From: Leptogorgia sarmentosa
Lineage: Eukaryota
DNA length: 64,000 nucleotides
Reading direction: 5' to 3'
Assembly (NCBI GenBank): GCA_964658305.1
Contig: OZ210885.1
Coordinates: 4,588,001 to 4,652,000, forward strand
Of this stretch, positions 12,229-23,243 are shown in pieces (positions within the stretch are counted from its first letter, which is position 1; each line of letters starts with the position of its first letter). The notes beneath the pieces are model-generated. The model was given only the letters and a program-made list of their open reading frames with translations. It did not search any database and was not told where the DNA came from. The position numbers were made by a program, and so were the translations under genes.

Positions 12229-13727
12229 TATATTTTGCCCAAACTACTGGAACGGCATGGAGAAAGATATTTTAGATGTCTCGGTATCTCGCCGAAAAAC
12301 TTGAAACTTGATATATGGGAAATGCGCTATCACTTTACTAGAAATGCATATATGCAGCAACCCTTCGCCTTACTTATGATGCTTTGAGAGTCACTCTCAC
12401 TACCAGACTCGTGAACATTACTGTAACGTTCTTCTTCTCTTTAACAATCAGATCCTAGGGCATGAAGTGTAACAGCTTTAATTTTGTCTGACTTTCTACA
12501 TTTTGTATTTAGTTGATGCTTCACTAAATATTTGTGTAACTCTGCGGAATACAATTATCTTTCCTGAAATGAATACATTCATTTGAATACATTCATTTGT
12601 CTTTGTGGCCATTAATATAATGAAAATTAATATAAGTAAAACCAAGGAAATTTCTGTCATTTGGATGGGAGCAGAAATTTTTTTCTGATATTGTAAGCAT
12701 ATATATGAACTATGAGCATGTGAACAAGGGGATAAGGGATTTTATTTCCAATATTCTCTGTGCGAGATGTATTGATGTTCTCTGGCATGACATATTTTCA
12801 TGTTTACATATGTTTAGTTAATAAAGATTTGTATTCAAATCTAAATAATTTACCCAACCATTAGCTTTTGTTCAGAAAAGAAATTACCCAACCTTTTACA
12901 CTCTAGAAAAATGGCCTACCCAACCCATTTCTCTTCGGTACCAACCCCGGGTATAAATAATGAACACTCCCTTATTAAAAATTATGCTCAAAAATTGCCA
13001 TGGATTATTGAAGTAATTTTGGACACGGACAAGCATACCTTGCTGTCAGAACCTCGGTAAATTTCATTGGCTTTTGTTGTGCGCATTGCACGAGAATTTT
13101 TTCCTTTGCGCTTAGCGGTCTTTTGCGACCTCGTTGGAATCTTGCTGGAGTCAATGCATCCTATATAATCACGAAGCAAAGTACAGTGCAAGCTAGACAA
13201 ACAAACGATTTCATGAAAGGGAGAGCGACGTTTGAGAACCATGTAACGAAAAGGAAGGACTGTTCTGGAAATGAGCTGTTTTGTGGAGCCATACTTTGAG
13301 AATTGAAGTTTATTTTATACATATACTTATTACCATTTTACTGATGTAACATTTGGACCTTTCCTGTTTCAGACGGCGTTTTGAATCAAGAAACAACAGT
13401 GAACACAGTGATTTACACATTTTACAACGATTTGTAACCAAACTTCACAATTTTACTAGATTTAGGATGCTCATTCCATCTGTGCTAACTTATTTTCTTA
13501 ATTCAAACGCTTATCCAAAAGGGGAAGAAGGTCGATTAGGGTCGCCTTTCCTGACATGGCCTTTAGTAAAAGATCTATATCTAGAAAGTTTTATACGATC
13601 GTGATAGCTTGATAACTTAAAGTAAAATCATCTCTCACGGCAAAATGAGAAGGTAACAAAAAATACAAGAGAGGAGTGCTCGTCAAATTTTCGGCAACAA
13701 TTGGATCAACGTACGTTTCTTGAAGGC

Positions 13728-15931
13728 ATGAATTTCGTCAAGCGCATTGCGCATGCGCGTACGTCAAAATTGGTTTTCTTCGTGTTTTTTCGTGTAAGTA
13801 GCGGATACGTCAAAACAACAGGTAAATTATTTGTCAATTCAACACCTAACATTTGCTCAATGTTATGAGCAAGCCCGCCCTGCTGACATTCGTTCAAAGC
13901 TTCCAGTAATTTGGGACTTACTAACGCAACCGGAACGCATCGGGGATATGTCGCATATCACTTGACCGGTACAAATGTATGGACCTTGACATTCAGGACA
14001 CTCAGAGAGCAGGGAGATGCAGATCGGCCCCTAGACCATAGACCATATGTGATAAGCACATTGTGATAAGCACCTCGTCCTTTAGCAAGCACCTTGTCCT
14101 TTAGCGAAAGGCAATGTCGTAGCATTTGAACCAATAAGCTATATTACGCCTTCCTATTTATATACGATACACTCTTGAGGAGCGGTTGTTGTGGGAGTGG
14201 TTTTGCGAATTTCATTGCGCATGCACTTACGTCAAAATTTGTTTTCTTCGTTGTTTTTTCGTTTTTTCAACATCTCAAACATTGTGAAAGTGTTAAAAAG
14301 CAAGAATAGTCAAGGAATTTGAGATAGTTAAGTGAAAAAAACCGAAAATAATTCGTCAAGGGTCCTACCATCCGCACAGAACGAGTCTGGTAGATCGCCA
14401 GTAGGGACTTACTAAGGCAACCGGAACGCATCACATTGTGAAAGTGTTAAAAGGCAAGAATAGTCAAGGAATTTGAGATAGTTAAGTGAAAAAAACCGAA
14501 AATAATTCGTCAAAGGCCCTACCATCCGCACAGAACGAGTCTGATAGATCGCCAGTAGGGACTTACTAAGGCAACCGGAACGCATCGGGGATGCCCGCTA
14601 TCACTTGACCGGTACAAATGTGTGACTTTGACATTTAGGACACTCAGGGAGCAGGGAGATGCAGATCGGCCCCTAGACCATATGTGATAAGCACTTTGTC
14701 CTTTAGCGAAAGGCAATGTCGTAGCATTTTAACCAATAAGCTATATTACGCCTTCGTATTTATGTACGTTACACTGTTGGGGAGTGGTTGTTGTGGGACT
14801 GGTTTTGTGAATTTCATTGCGCATGCGCCTACGTCAAAATTTGTTTTTATTCGTTGTTTCTTCGTTTTTTCAACATCTCAGGCATTGTGAAAGTGTTAAA
14901 AGGCAAAAATAGTCAAGGAATTTGAGATAGTTAAGTGAAAAAAACCGAAAATAATTCGTCAAGGGCCCTACCATCCGCACAGAACGAGTCTGGTAGATCG
15001 CCAGTAGGGACTTACTAAGGCAACCGGAACGCATCGGGGATGCCCGCTATCACTTGACCGGTACAAATGTATGACTTTGACATTCAGGACACTCAGAGAG
15101 CAGGGAAATGCAGATCGGCCCCCAGACCATATGTGATAAGCACCTTGTCCTTTAGCGGAAGGCAATGTCGTAGCACTTTAACCAATAAGCTATATTACGC
15201 CTTCGTATTTATGTACGTTACACTCTTGGGGAGTGGTTGTTGTGGGACTGGTTTTGTGAATTTCATTGCGCATGCGCCTACGTCAAAATTTGTTTTTATT
15301 CGTTGTTTCTTCGTTTTTTCAACATCTCAGGCATTGTGAAAGTGTTAAAAGGCAAAAATAGTCAAGGAATTTGAGATAGTTAAGTGAAAAAACCCGAAAA
15401 TAATTCGTCAAGGGCCCTACCATCCGCACAGAACGAGTCTGGTAGATCGCCAGTAGGGACTTACTAAGGCAACCGGAACGCATCGGGGATGCCCGCTATC
15501 ACTTGACCGGTACAAATGTATGACTTTGACATTCAGGACACTCAGAGAGCAGGGAGATGCAGATCGGCCCCTAGACCATATATGATAAGCACCTTGTCCT
15601 TTGGCGAAAGGCAATGTCGTAGCATTTTAACCAATAAGCTATATTACGCCTTCGTATTTATGTACGTTACACTCTTGGGGAGTGGTTGTTGTGGGACTGG
15701 TTTTGGGAATTTCATTGCGCATGCGCTTACGTCAAAATTTGTTTTCTTCGTTGTTTCTTCGTTTTTTCAACATCTCAGACATTGTGAAAGTGTTAAAAGG
15801 CAAGAATAGTCAAGGAATTTGAGATAGTTAAGTGAAAAAACCCGAAAATAATTGGTCAAGGGCCCTACCATCCGCACAGAACGAGTCTGGTAGATCGCCA
15901 GTAGGGACTTACTAAGGCAACCGGAACGCAT
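13728..15931. repeat. 449-bp tandem repeat array (about 4.5 units plus a 153-bp partial duplication)
   Basis: The anchor gaatttcattgcgcatgc occurs at 14207, 14809, 15258 and 15707, giving spacings of 602 (449+153), 449 and 449. A diverged first unit starts at 13728. Units are near-identical throughout, with no unique spacers. Confidence 0.95.
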
Positions 15932-15934
15932 TTT

Positions 15935-16098
15935 TACCCACTTTTTTTTTAATGCGATCGGCAAAAAATGATCAACTGCGCATGCTTGACAAGTTCAAAT
16001 TTAGTCGTCATCAGGTCGTCGTCCAATCAGATGCACGCATCTAGTAACTTGCCGAGCATGCGCACAAAAAAAGTGGGTACAACAGTTACATCTCTGTA
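15935..16098. mobile_element. Palindromic MITE remnant just upstream of TDG; left end truncated by the array
   Basis: tacccacttttttt..tgcgcatgcttgacaagtt pairs with aacttgccgagcatgcgcacaaaaaaagtgggta. It contains CCAATCAG and GCATGCGCA motifs. Confidence 0.55.
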
Positions 16099-16172
16099 TG
16101 ATATATACTCTGTGTCCTCGTAGTCCAATCTAAAGCCACAGATTAATCTGTGTTAAAGCTCTCAAATACAAG

Positions 16173-18857
16173 ATGGCGGAAGACGGAGCAGTACAGCATT
16201 TAACGGCTCTCGTGCCAAAACGGGATTTAGCCGCACGTTTGACTGTAGAAAGACAAGAAAAAGTTAAAAAGGACACAAAGACTCGCTACAGCCCTTATTT
16301 GTAAGTAGATGTGTTGTATATTAAACAATTATTGAATGAGGTCGAGTAGGTCAGTATGATATGAGGAATTAATTATTAGCCAAGCCGAGGTTTGTGTAAA
16401 CGCATTGTACACAGGGAGTTTCTTTGAGAAAGCCATTTGTATTTTTCAGCTGTTGGTATAAGCAGCATAAATTAGTCGACGTCATAATGTCATATAATTT
16501 TCAATATTAGACATAACTACGTCATTATATCGTATACGGATTTTCAATATACAACATAATTACATCATAATGTTGTATATATTATGATTTCATCCACTGC
16601 TCTTAACCAATCAAAACTCTTGAATTATTACAAAGAAATAATAATGGTCATTAGTGATCATTCTAGTTGTAGGTCTGTATGGATTGTCAAATTTCATACG
16701 AAATCACTCAAAAATTGATATGAAATACAATTATAAACAAAGGGGGCAGATACGACAGAACACTGGTATTTACTGGGTGCCAGTGTAAGAGAAGGGCATG
16801 GGGTGGATTATTTACAGACTAGGTAGGTCTACAGTTAAAAGAGACCAAGGGAAAAGCTAATTATGCAAATAAATCAGAGGAATGAAAATATTCTACCCTG
16901 GAGCACAACACCTGAGTACCATCACTCAGTTGTTGTGGTGTTTTACATCTTATGAACTGCTGGTGGTAGGGAGTTACACATATCTAAAAGATGCAACTTT
17001 TTATAGTTCAAGAAACGATGATAGTAGCAGTACTCAAAGAAAAAGAAGGAAAAATTTTGGTAATATGACTGAAGATGAAGTGATGAATCTTTTACTCCCT
17101 GATCGTTTGGGAAAAGCAATGGACATTTTGTTTGTGAGTTGTAAATATCTCAGTTCTTTTCAGCCTCTGAAAACAAAATAATAAGCATTGCAATGGACAA
17201 GATACAAAACAAAATTGAACCTGCAAATAGTGTTTTGAACCTACATGTGATCCTGTGATAAAAAGTCTGAAATTTTTTTGTCCAGTTGTGTGGATAATAA
17301 ATGGTTGAAAAGAGTCTAATTTGCTCTGATCGAGTGCTTGTTTTTCTGAATGGAAACTGGCCTTTGCTCAGAAGTGCAATTCATAGGCTACATATTAGTG
17401 TTTAACAGCAGGTATAAATATAAATAATAGTCACTGTGGTTGAATTTGATCACACTGGATGCTGTCTTCATGCCAGTCATATATATGCAAAGCAGACCAA
17501 TTGACTTGCTGTATGAGTTTAATGCCATTTGACCATTTTAACCTTTTTTCGCTACCTATGTTTTGTGTGAAATGATGCAGTGAAATGATGAGCTACAGCT
17601 GGAGTTTATATGTGTGTTAGGTTGGCATCAATCCAGGTCTAATGTCTGCATACAAAGGTCATCATTACTCTGGACCAAATAACCATTTCTGTAAGTCAGA
17701 ATTCGCAACAGACTGTAGTACTTAGGGGTGGATTACGACTGAGATTTTGTCAGTTTTTGTAGTCCATATTTTAAACCATTTCCCTGTTGTTGATATCCTC
17801 TAATAATTTAATGTTTTAAGGGCCATGCTTGATTGATGCTGGACTTGTCCCTAATGATTTCACATACCAGGATGACGTCAGATGTCCTGAATACGGTTTA
17901 GGATTGACAAATATTGTTGCCAGAACAACACGAAGTAGCACTGATTTATCTCGGTTAGTTCAATCATGATTGAAATTGTTTTTTTGTTGGACAGGATTAC
18001 AAAGTATCTAGTGCATTTTTTTCTCACTCAGAGGCTTTTGTACTGTAGATATCTCTGATTCTTGAACATGATTTCATGTAATTTTCTAGGGCAGAAATAA
18101 AACAGGGAAAGGAGCAACTCAATGAGAAAATTAACAATTACAAACCTTTGATCACATGTTTTAATGGAAAAGGTAGAATTCATTCAAAATATGTAATCAC
18201 AATAGTCTTGTTGTGCTAGCTCCTTTTATGATTCATTAAAATATTAGATAACAAATTGGTTTCATTTTCTCTCTAGGAATCTACGAAATATTCTCTGGCA
18301 AGAAGTGTGTGCTTGGGCAGCAGATGGAACCTGTTCCTGGTACAAATTCTGTAAGTTTTTCACCAAATAGTAATAGAACAACTTGGAATGATTTACCATC
18401 TGATCTCAACTGTTCTGAAACTATAATCACTCCTTTAAGAATAACATAAACATAACTTGAAAGGTATAGTTACAAACCCTTTGAATCATACAGTTGTGAC
18501 AAACGTTTTATTATAACTTATTATTATATTTTATTATAACCATTGGAAAATCACTACCATTATTTTTATGCCTTCTTTGTGAATAGTTACTGTCATTGGT
18601 GAAATAGTCCTGTATTGAAAATTGAAATAAAGCTTAAATGATAATGATTGATGAATATTGGGACCATTTGTTTGTTGTAGGTGATCTACGTCATGCCTTC
18701 GTCGTCAGCACGAACTATGACATACCCAAGAATGACTGACAAACTTCATTTTTACCATGAGTTAAAGACATTAAGAGACGAAATAAAGCATTCTAAGAAA
18801 GCAGATGACGAGAATGATAAACATTGTGACGAGTTGGACCCAGTGGCAAGCACGTAA
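16173..18857 (+). CDS. TDG: G/T mismatch-specific thymine DNA glycosylase (TDG/MUG family), 7 exons, 263 aa
   Basis: Exons 16173-16300, 17007-17133, 17621-17690, 17821-17953, 18090-18172, 18277-18350 and 18681-18857. All introns are GT-AG and the phases join (792 nt). Signature motifs: [55 protein letters not shown] and YVMPSSSAR. Confidence 0.97.
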
Positions 18858-19053
18858 TTACCAAGTGTCATTCCTTTTATGTGGTGTTTAATTCGTTGGT
18901 TCTTCATCTGTTGATAAAAGATCGGGCCTTGCATGACGCCAATTCCGAATACTATACTGTATTATGGCCGATAAATACAGCTCACTGAGTAAAAACCTGA
19001 GTAAAAACCTGAGTTTTTTAACCCGAGTAAAAACCTGAGTTTTTTAACCCGAG

Positions 19054-19684
19054 TTGTTGGATTTAGAGACCATACAAACTACAAAGTCCTTATTCTATAA
19101 CCTGAAATTGTTGACTGTTTATGACATAAATAAATACCAAACTGGAACCTTTAAGTCCTTTATATTTAGTTGCATTAATTATCCTCGTTCTCTTCCATCT
19201 ATCCTCCAAACATACTTTGTTTATAATGATGAAATTCAAAACTATAATACCAGAACTGCCAGCAAATTACATATCACTCAAGTAAGAACCACAACTAGAA
19301 AGATGACCCTAAGACAAAGCGGTACCCTAATCTGGAATTCGCTTGATGACACTATCACTCTGTCAAAAACATTAAAATCATTTCAAAAAAGGCTCAAATA
19401 TTTATTGTTTGATGAAATGATGAAGAGCTGAATTAGTTCATTTTGGATAAGAAACCCTGCTCAGTTGGTACTCGATTTTGGTAAAATTGGTGATTGACAT
19501 TCTCTACAAACTCCCTGGAGTTTTCTTCTGCCAATCTCCATCCAAATTACAACTTACTCTTTTCTTCTATTTTATAATTAAATTCATAGTTTTTTTATTA
19601 TATATAATATTTATCCGTCTGTTTAAATAATTCTACCTGCTTATAAGTGTTTGAATTTGGTAAATATATTGATTGATTGATTGA
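19054..19684 (+). mobile_element. 5'-truncated LINE (L2/CR1 group, Crack-like): ORF2 C-terminus, 3'UTR and (TTGA)4 tail
   Basis: ORF 19054-19431 has the typical post-RT C-terminal pattern NYNTR..LH..RT..G..IWNSL..I..SF.KRLK.LL. It is followed by an AT-rich UTR and ggtaaatata(ttga)4 at 19659-19684. Confidence 0.8.
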
Positions 19685-21723
19685 AAGATAGAAAGATCTT
19701 CTGCAGAAAAATACACTGAATTTTCTCTGTTATTCACGTGTTTCTCTCCTATTATCAAAAATGTCTTGGCCAAGTCTTGATGAACATCCGTGAGTTCACT
19801 CACCATATGTTTCACCTTCAATTTCAATTCCTTCTTCCAAGCGTCTTTCGTTTGCTCGTTGTTAATTTTCTCGGCCACTATGTTGAATATCAATGGTAAG
19901 ATGCTGATACTTGCTGTTGCCATAACTTGAACAGTTGCAGTGATGTTGAATTTCTGAAGCATGATTACCAGTTCGTAGATGGCGTACGAAAACACGATTA
20001 ACCACAGAAGTTTCAATCCAGTCCAAAGTAGGTTTGTATGATATGGTAGAATTTTCTCCCTGACTATCCCATAAAGCTCTCTGGACACCACCGATATTAA
20101 TTTTTGGTATTCTTCCAGTTTTTCTATATTCTTATTAACAGAATTGTCTTCGCATGCTTCGTATATTAGGAGTTTTAATAAAAAGTACTTTTCTTCCAAG
20201 TACTTCCAAATACTGTAGGAATAAAAAGTTACGACAGAAAAGGTGGCGAGATGGGGGATGAAGAAAACAAGATTTAGAAATAATCCTAACAGGAACGACT
20301 CTACTACAAATACCAGGATGAAGCAACTGTGGTGAAATAACGTCAGAAAGGCAATTGTTATTAAACGATCAACCCAAAGGATGAAAGCTGAGTATCCTTT
20401 ATATTTGTTCTCATTTTTTTTATGATCAAATGTTATCATTTTCATCATGATGTTTGCCATTTCATAAACTAAGACGTATAAATATGACCCAATGAGGAAA
20501 CCGGGTATGACAAGAAAAACAAACCCGAGTAAACAAAGTGTGGTCTTGATAAAATAACCTGTATAGTTTCCACAACACTGACATGTAAATTTTGTGATTG
20601 ATTCATTTGGTATTTCAGGTATGGTGTCGTTTATCGTTCGTATTGTAGCGTGATGTTGCCAAAAGGTTGGATTGCACGGCCGAATTAATGTTTCAACCAA
20701 GCCCTCACATCCTTCATCTTGAGATATTGAAAGTTGTATTTGATCGGAAGACGCCTTTCGTCGCTGCTTGATAATGACAACACAGCACAGAAGGTATAAG
20801 ACAAATGAGACAATAACATGTATCAAAAAGTGTGGGAAAATGTCGAACTTAAGACCAAAGTAGATCATGCCTGCCACCGTGCATGTTAGTGCTAGCCTAC
20901 GCACATGAGAATATAGGACGCGATCTGGTTCCTCCCAAAGAAGATATAAAAGAATAGAAAAAATCGACATGGTACTTTCTTGGAGTTTGTAATACTCAGA
21001 ATTGGATTTTTGGAAGACAGTGTAAGAAAAAAGCACATTAAGAAATCGTACAAAATAAATTGGAATAAGACCCAGCATTAGAACTGTAAGAATCCAGAAA
21101 AGAATGGGGTTGTAAAGGAATGAATCTTTTTTGGCGCAATTATATTTAAAGTTTTTGAAAACAGGGTTAGTAATGCGACAGCACTTTCTGACCTGTTTCC
21201 CAATTGTTTTCTGATCCAGAAAACAGATTTCGTAATCTGTTGGGTTCTCCGTTTTTGAAACTATTTGTTTGAGAGCATTTCCCGCTACAAGGCTGTATAT
21301 GTCTTCTTGGCGGCTCCCGTTCAGACTTTCGTTTACATGTAAATCGAAGCTCGTTTTGCCCACGTTTAAAGTCCACGTGAAGTGATTATACTGTTCCTTG
21401 TCAAGTAAATGAAGGATTTCTCGTCCAACAGGATTGACTAATGAAACGTGCATGTCTTTAAAAATCTTATTCCTGTAGACACTACCGGAGATGAGATGAA
21501 GGTCTATTATATTAACGGTGCTGCGTTTCGTCAGTTTAAGGATCTTCGTAATTTCACTGTCGTTTATTTGAAGGAAACAACGTTCTGTAGGCTTGATTGT
21601 TTTCATCACCGCAGTAACACTAGCATTACCAGGTTGCTTACTGCTGTTATCTGATGTGCCATTGCCGGTCGATCCGGAAACAATAAGCGGTATAAGCGTA
21701 CAATAAAATATTCCGAAAAACAT
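19633..21723 (-). CDS. Intronless 696-aa multi-pass membrane protein of unknown function
   Basis: Uninterrupted 2091-nt ORF in AT-rich DNA. It has a signal-peptide-like N-terminus (MFFGIFYCTLIPLIVSG), an about 190-aa Cys-containing ectodomain with N-glycosylation sequons (NGT, NSS, NAS, NDS, NES), then roughly 10-11 hydrophobic segments. I recognise no family motif. Confidence 0.85.
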   Translation of the reverse strand: MFFGIFYCTLIPLIVSGSTGNGTSDNSSKQPGNASVTAVMKTIKPTERCFLQINDSEITKILKLTKRSTVNIIDLHLISGSVYRNKIFKDMHVSLVNPVGREILHLLDKEQYNHFTWTLNVGKTSFDLHVNESLNGSRQEDIYSLVAGNALKQIVSKTENPTDYEICFLDQKTIGKQVRKCCRITNPVFKNFKYNCAKKDSFLYNPILFWILTVLMLGLIPIYFVRFLNVLFSYTVFQKSNSEYYKLQESTMSIFSILLYLLWEEPDRVLYSHVRRLALTCTVAGMIYFGLKFDIFPHFLIHVIVSFVLYLLCCVVIIKQRRKASSDQIQLSISQDEGCEGLVETLIRPCNPTFWQHHATIRTINDTIPEIPNESITKFTCQCCGNYTGYFIKTTLCLLGFVFLVIPGFLIGSYLYVLVYEMANIMMKMITFDHKKNENKYKGYSAFILWVDRLITIAFLTLFHHSCFILVFVVESFLLGLFLNLVFFIPHLATFSVVTFYSYSIWKYLEEKYFLLKLLIYEACEDNSVNKNIEKLEEYQKLISVVSRELYGIVREKILPYHTNLLWTGLKLLWLIVFSYAIYELVIMLQKFNITATVQVMATASISILPLIFNIVAEKINNEQTKDAWKKELKLKVKHMVSELTDVHQDLAKTFLIIGEKHVNNRENSVYFSAEDLSIFQSINQYIYQIQTLISR

Positions 21724-22525
21724 ATTGACTCCAATAACCTTTCGAGATAATGATAGCTCTAGTCACGGAAGATAGTCTACTCTGCAATGTGGCTTGCCTC
21801 ATAGCTTCTTCATGTGGTAAAGTTGGTGCAAACTATTTGACATTTTACCCTAACAAATAATATTGGAAAACCTCGATTTCCTAGTAACAGTAAAATTAAA
21901 TGATAAACGGGAGGTCAATGTTTCGAGCGAAGACCTCAGCTTTGTCGGTATTAATTCCTAGCTCGAGACGCCGAATTGTGTTTTATATTTCACTAAGTAC
22001 TAATTGCAACTTTTCATGTATTTTCAGGTTTCCGTTCACATTCTGCGATTATGTCACCTGTACAATGGAAATTACGGTATTTTAGGTTTACCGACTGGCA
22101 GGTTTCCCGTTTCAAACAAAGGCCGTTCGTCACGAATCAGGCTTAGGTAGTGAGTAAAACTTTTACAACATTTCAATCAAATCGTGAAACAGTTTATGTC
22201 ATAATCTTAATCAACATTATTTTCTCCTGTGAATTTCTGTATTCCGTAAACGATGTTGACATATCTGCACTTGATTTTCGATGCGTGACTGTCCTTGCCA
22301 CAAAAAAAATAACCAGGACAAATGTGTGTTTTGATTTTCTATATTTAGCGCTTGGTAGTAACCTCGGCAACCTCGCCTGTTTGTGTGTGGTTTGTGCCTA
22401 CTATATGCATTAATATTTATGATTTGATAACAGGTGTTTTACTTGGAAATTTCTGCTAAGCCCCGTTTGTCCTCTTACACATGGCATCAAGCATCAGTTG
22501 GAACATTCCGTAAGTTTACTCAATG

Positions 22526-22624
22526 TTAACACTTTCACAATGTCTGGGATGTTGAAAAAAACGATGAAAAAACGAAGAAAACAAATTTTGACGTACGCGC
22601 ATGCATGCGCTCGACGAAATTCAT
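22526..22624 (-). repeat. Inverted solo fragment of the 449-bp array unit or its left terminus
   Basis: The reverse complement reads atgaatttcgtcgagcgcatgcatgcgcgtacgtcaaaatttgttttcttcg...caacatcccagacattgtgaaagtgttaa. This matches 13728 onward and the array unit. Confidence 0.85.
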
Positions 22625-22853
22625 TTGTCAATTGTTTTGGTATAGTTACAATTAAACCCTTTGAATCATACAGGTGTGACAAACGTTTTATTATAACTTA
22701 TTATTATATTTTATTATAACCATTGAAAAATCACTACCATTATTTTTATTCCTTCTTTGTGAATAGTTACTGTCATTGGTGAAATAGTCCTGTATTGAAA
22801 TAAAGCTTAAATGATAATGATTGATGAATATTGGGACCATTTGTTTGCTGTAG

Positions 22854-23030
22854 GTGGTCTACGTCATGCCTTCGTCGTCAGCACGAACTATGACATACCC
22901 AAGAATGACTGACAAACTTCATTTTTACCATGAGTTAAAGACATTAAGAGACGAAATAAAGCATTCTAAGAAAGCAGATGACGAGAATGATAAACATTGT
23001 GACGAGTTGGACCCAGTGGCAAGCACGTAA
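22854..23030 (+). CDS. TDG: Duplicated (alternative) terminal exon of TDG, exon 7b
   Basis: 176 of 177 nt are identical to 18681-18857 (ATC>GTC, I>V). The acceptor ttgctgtag is intact. It belongs to a duplicated block, 18463-about 19050 versus 22639-about 23310. AATAAA at 23216-23221. Confidence 0.75.
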   Translation: MVYVMPSSSARTMTYPRMTDKLHFYHELKTLRDEIKHSKKADDENDKHCDELDPVAST

Positions 23031-23243
23031 TTACCAAGTGTCATTCCTTTTATGTGGTGTTTAATTCGTTGGTTCTTCATCTGTTGATAAAAGATCGGGC
23101 CTTGCATGACGCCAATTCCGAATATTACACTGTATTATGGCCGATAAATGCAGCTCATTTATTGTTCAGATTACAGTATAATATTCGGTCAGAATACAGT
23201 ATAATATTCAGCCAAAATAAAATGTATTTGTCGGTCAGAATAA

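Larger units (their letters stand above)
8137..12972. mobile_element. Pair of perfect 45-bp inverted termini (8137-8181 and 12928-12972), each flanked by TA
   Basis: agggagtgttcattatttatacccggggttggtaccgaagagaaa and its exact reverse complement. These could be one composite element or the ends of two copies. No transposase is seen between them. Confidence 0.55.

Noticed and set aside
14519..15964. Repeated 65-97 aa ORFs in the 449-bp array as a gene family, or the unit as 5S/snRNA
   Set aside because: The ORFs have non-ATG or inconsistent starts on both strands and no motifs. The unit does not resemble any 5S, U-snRNA or SL RNA sequence I know.
19054..19431. 125-aa ORF as a host gene
   Set aside because: It matches the C-terminus of a LINE ORF2 and begins at a TTG abutting a minisatellite.
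18752..23107. Identical 60-aa minus-strand ORFs at 18752-18934 and 22925-23107
   Set aside because: They are antisense shadows of the duplicated TDG last exon and UTR.
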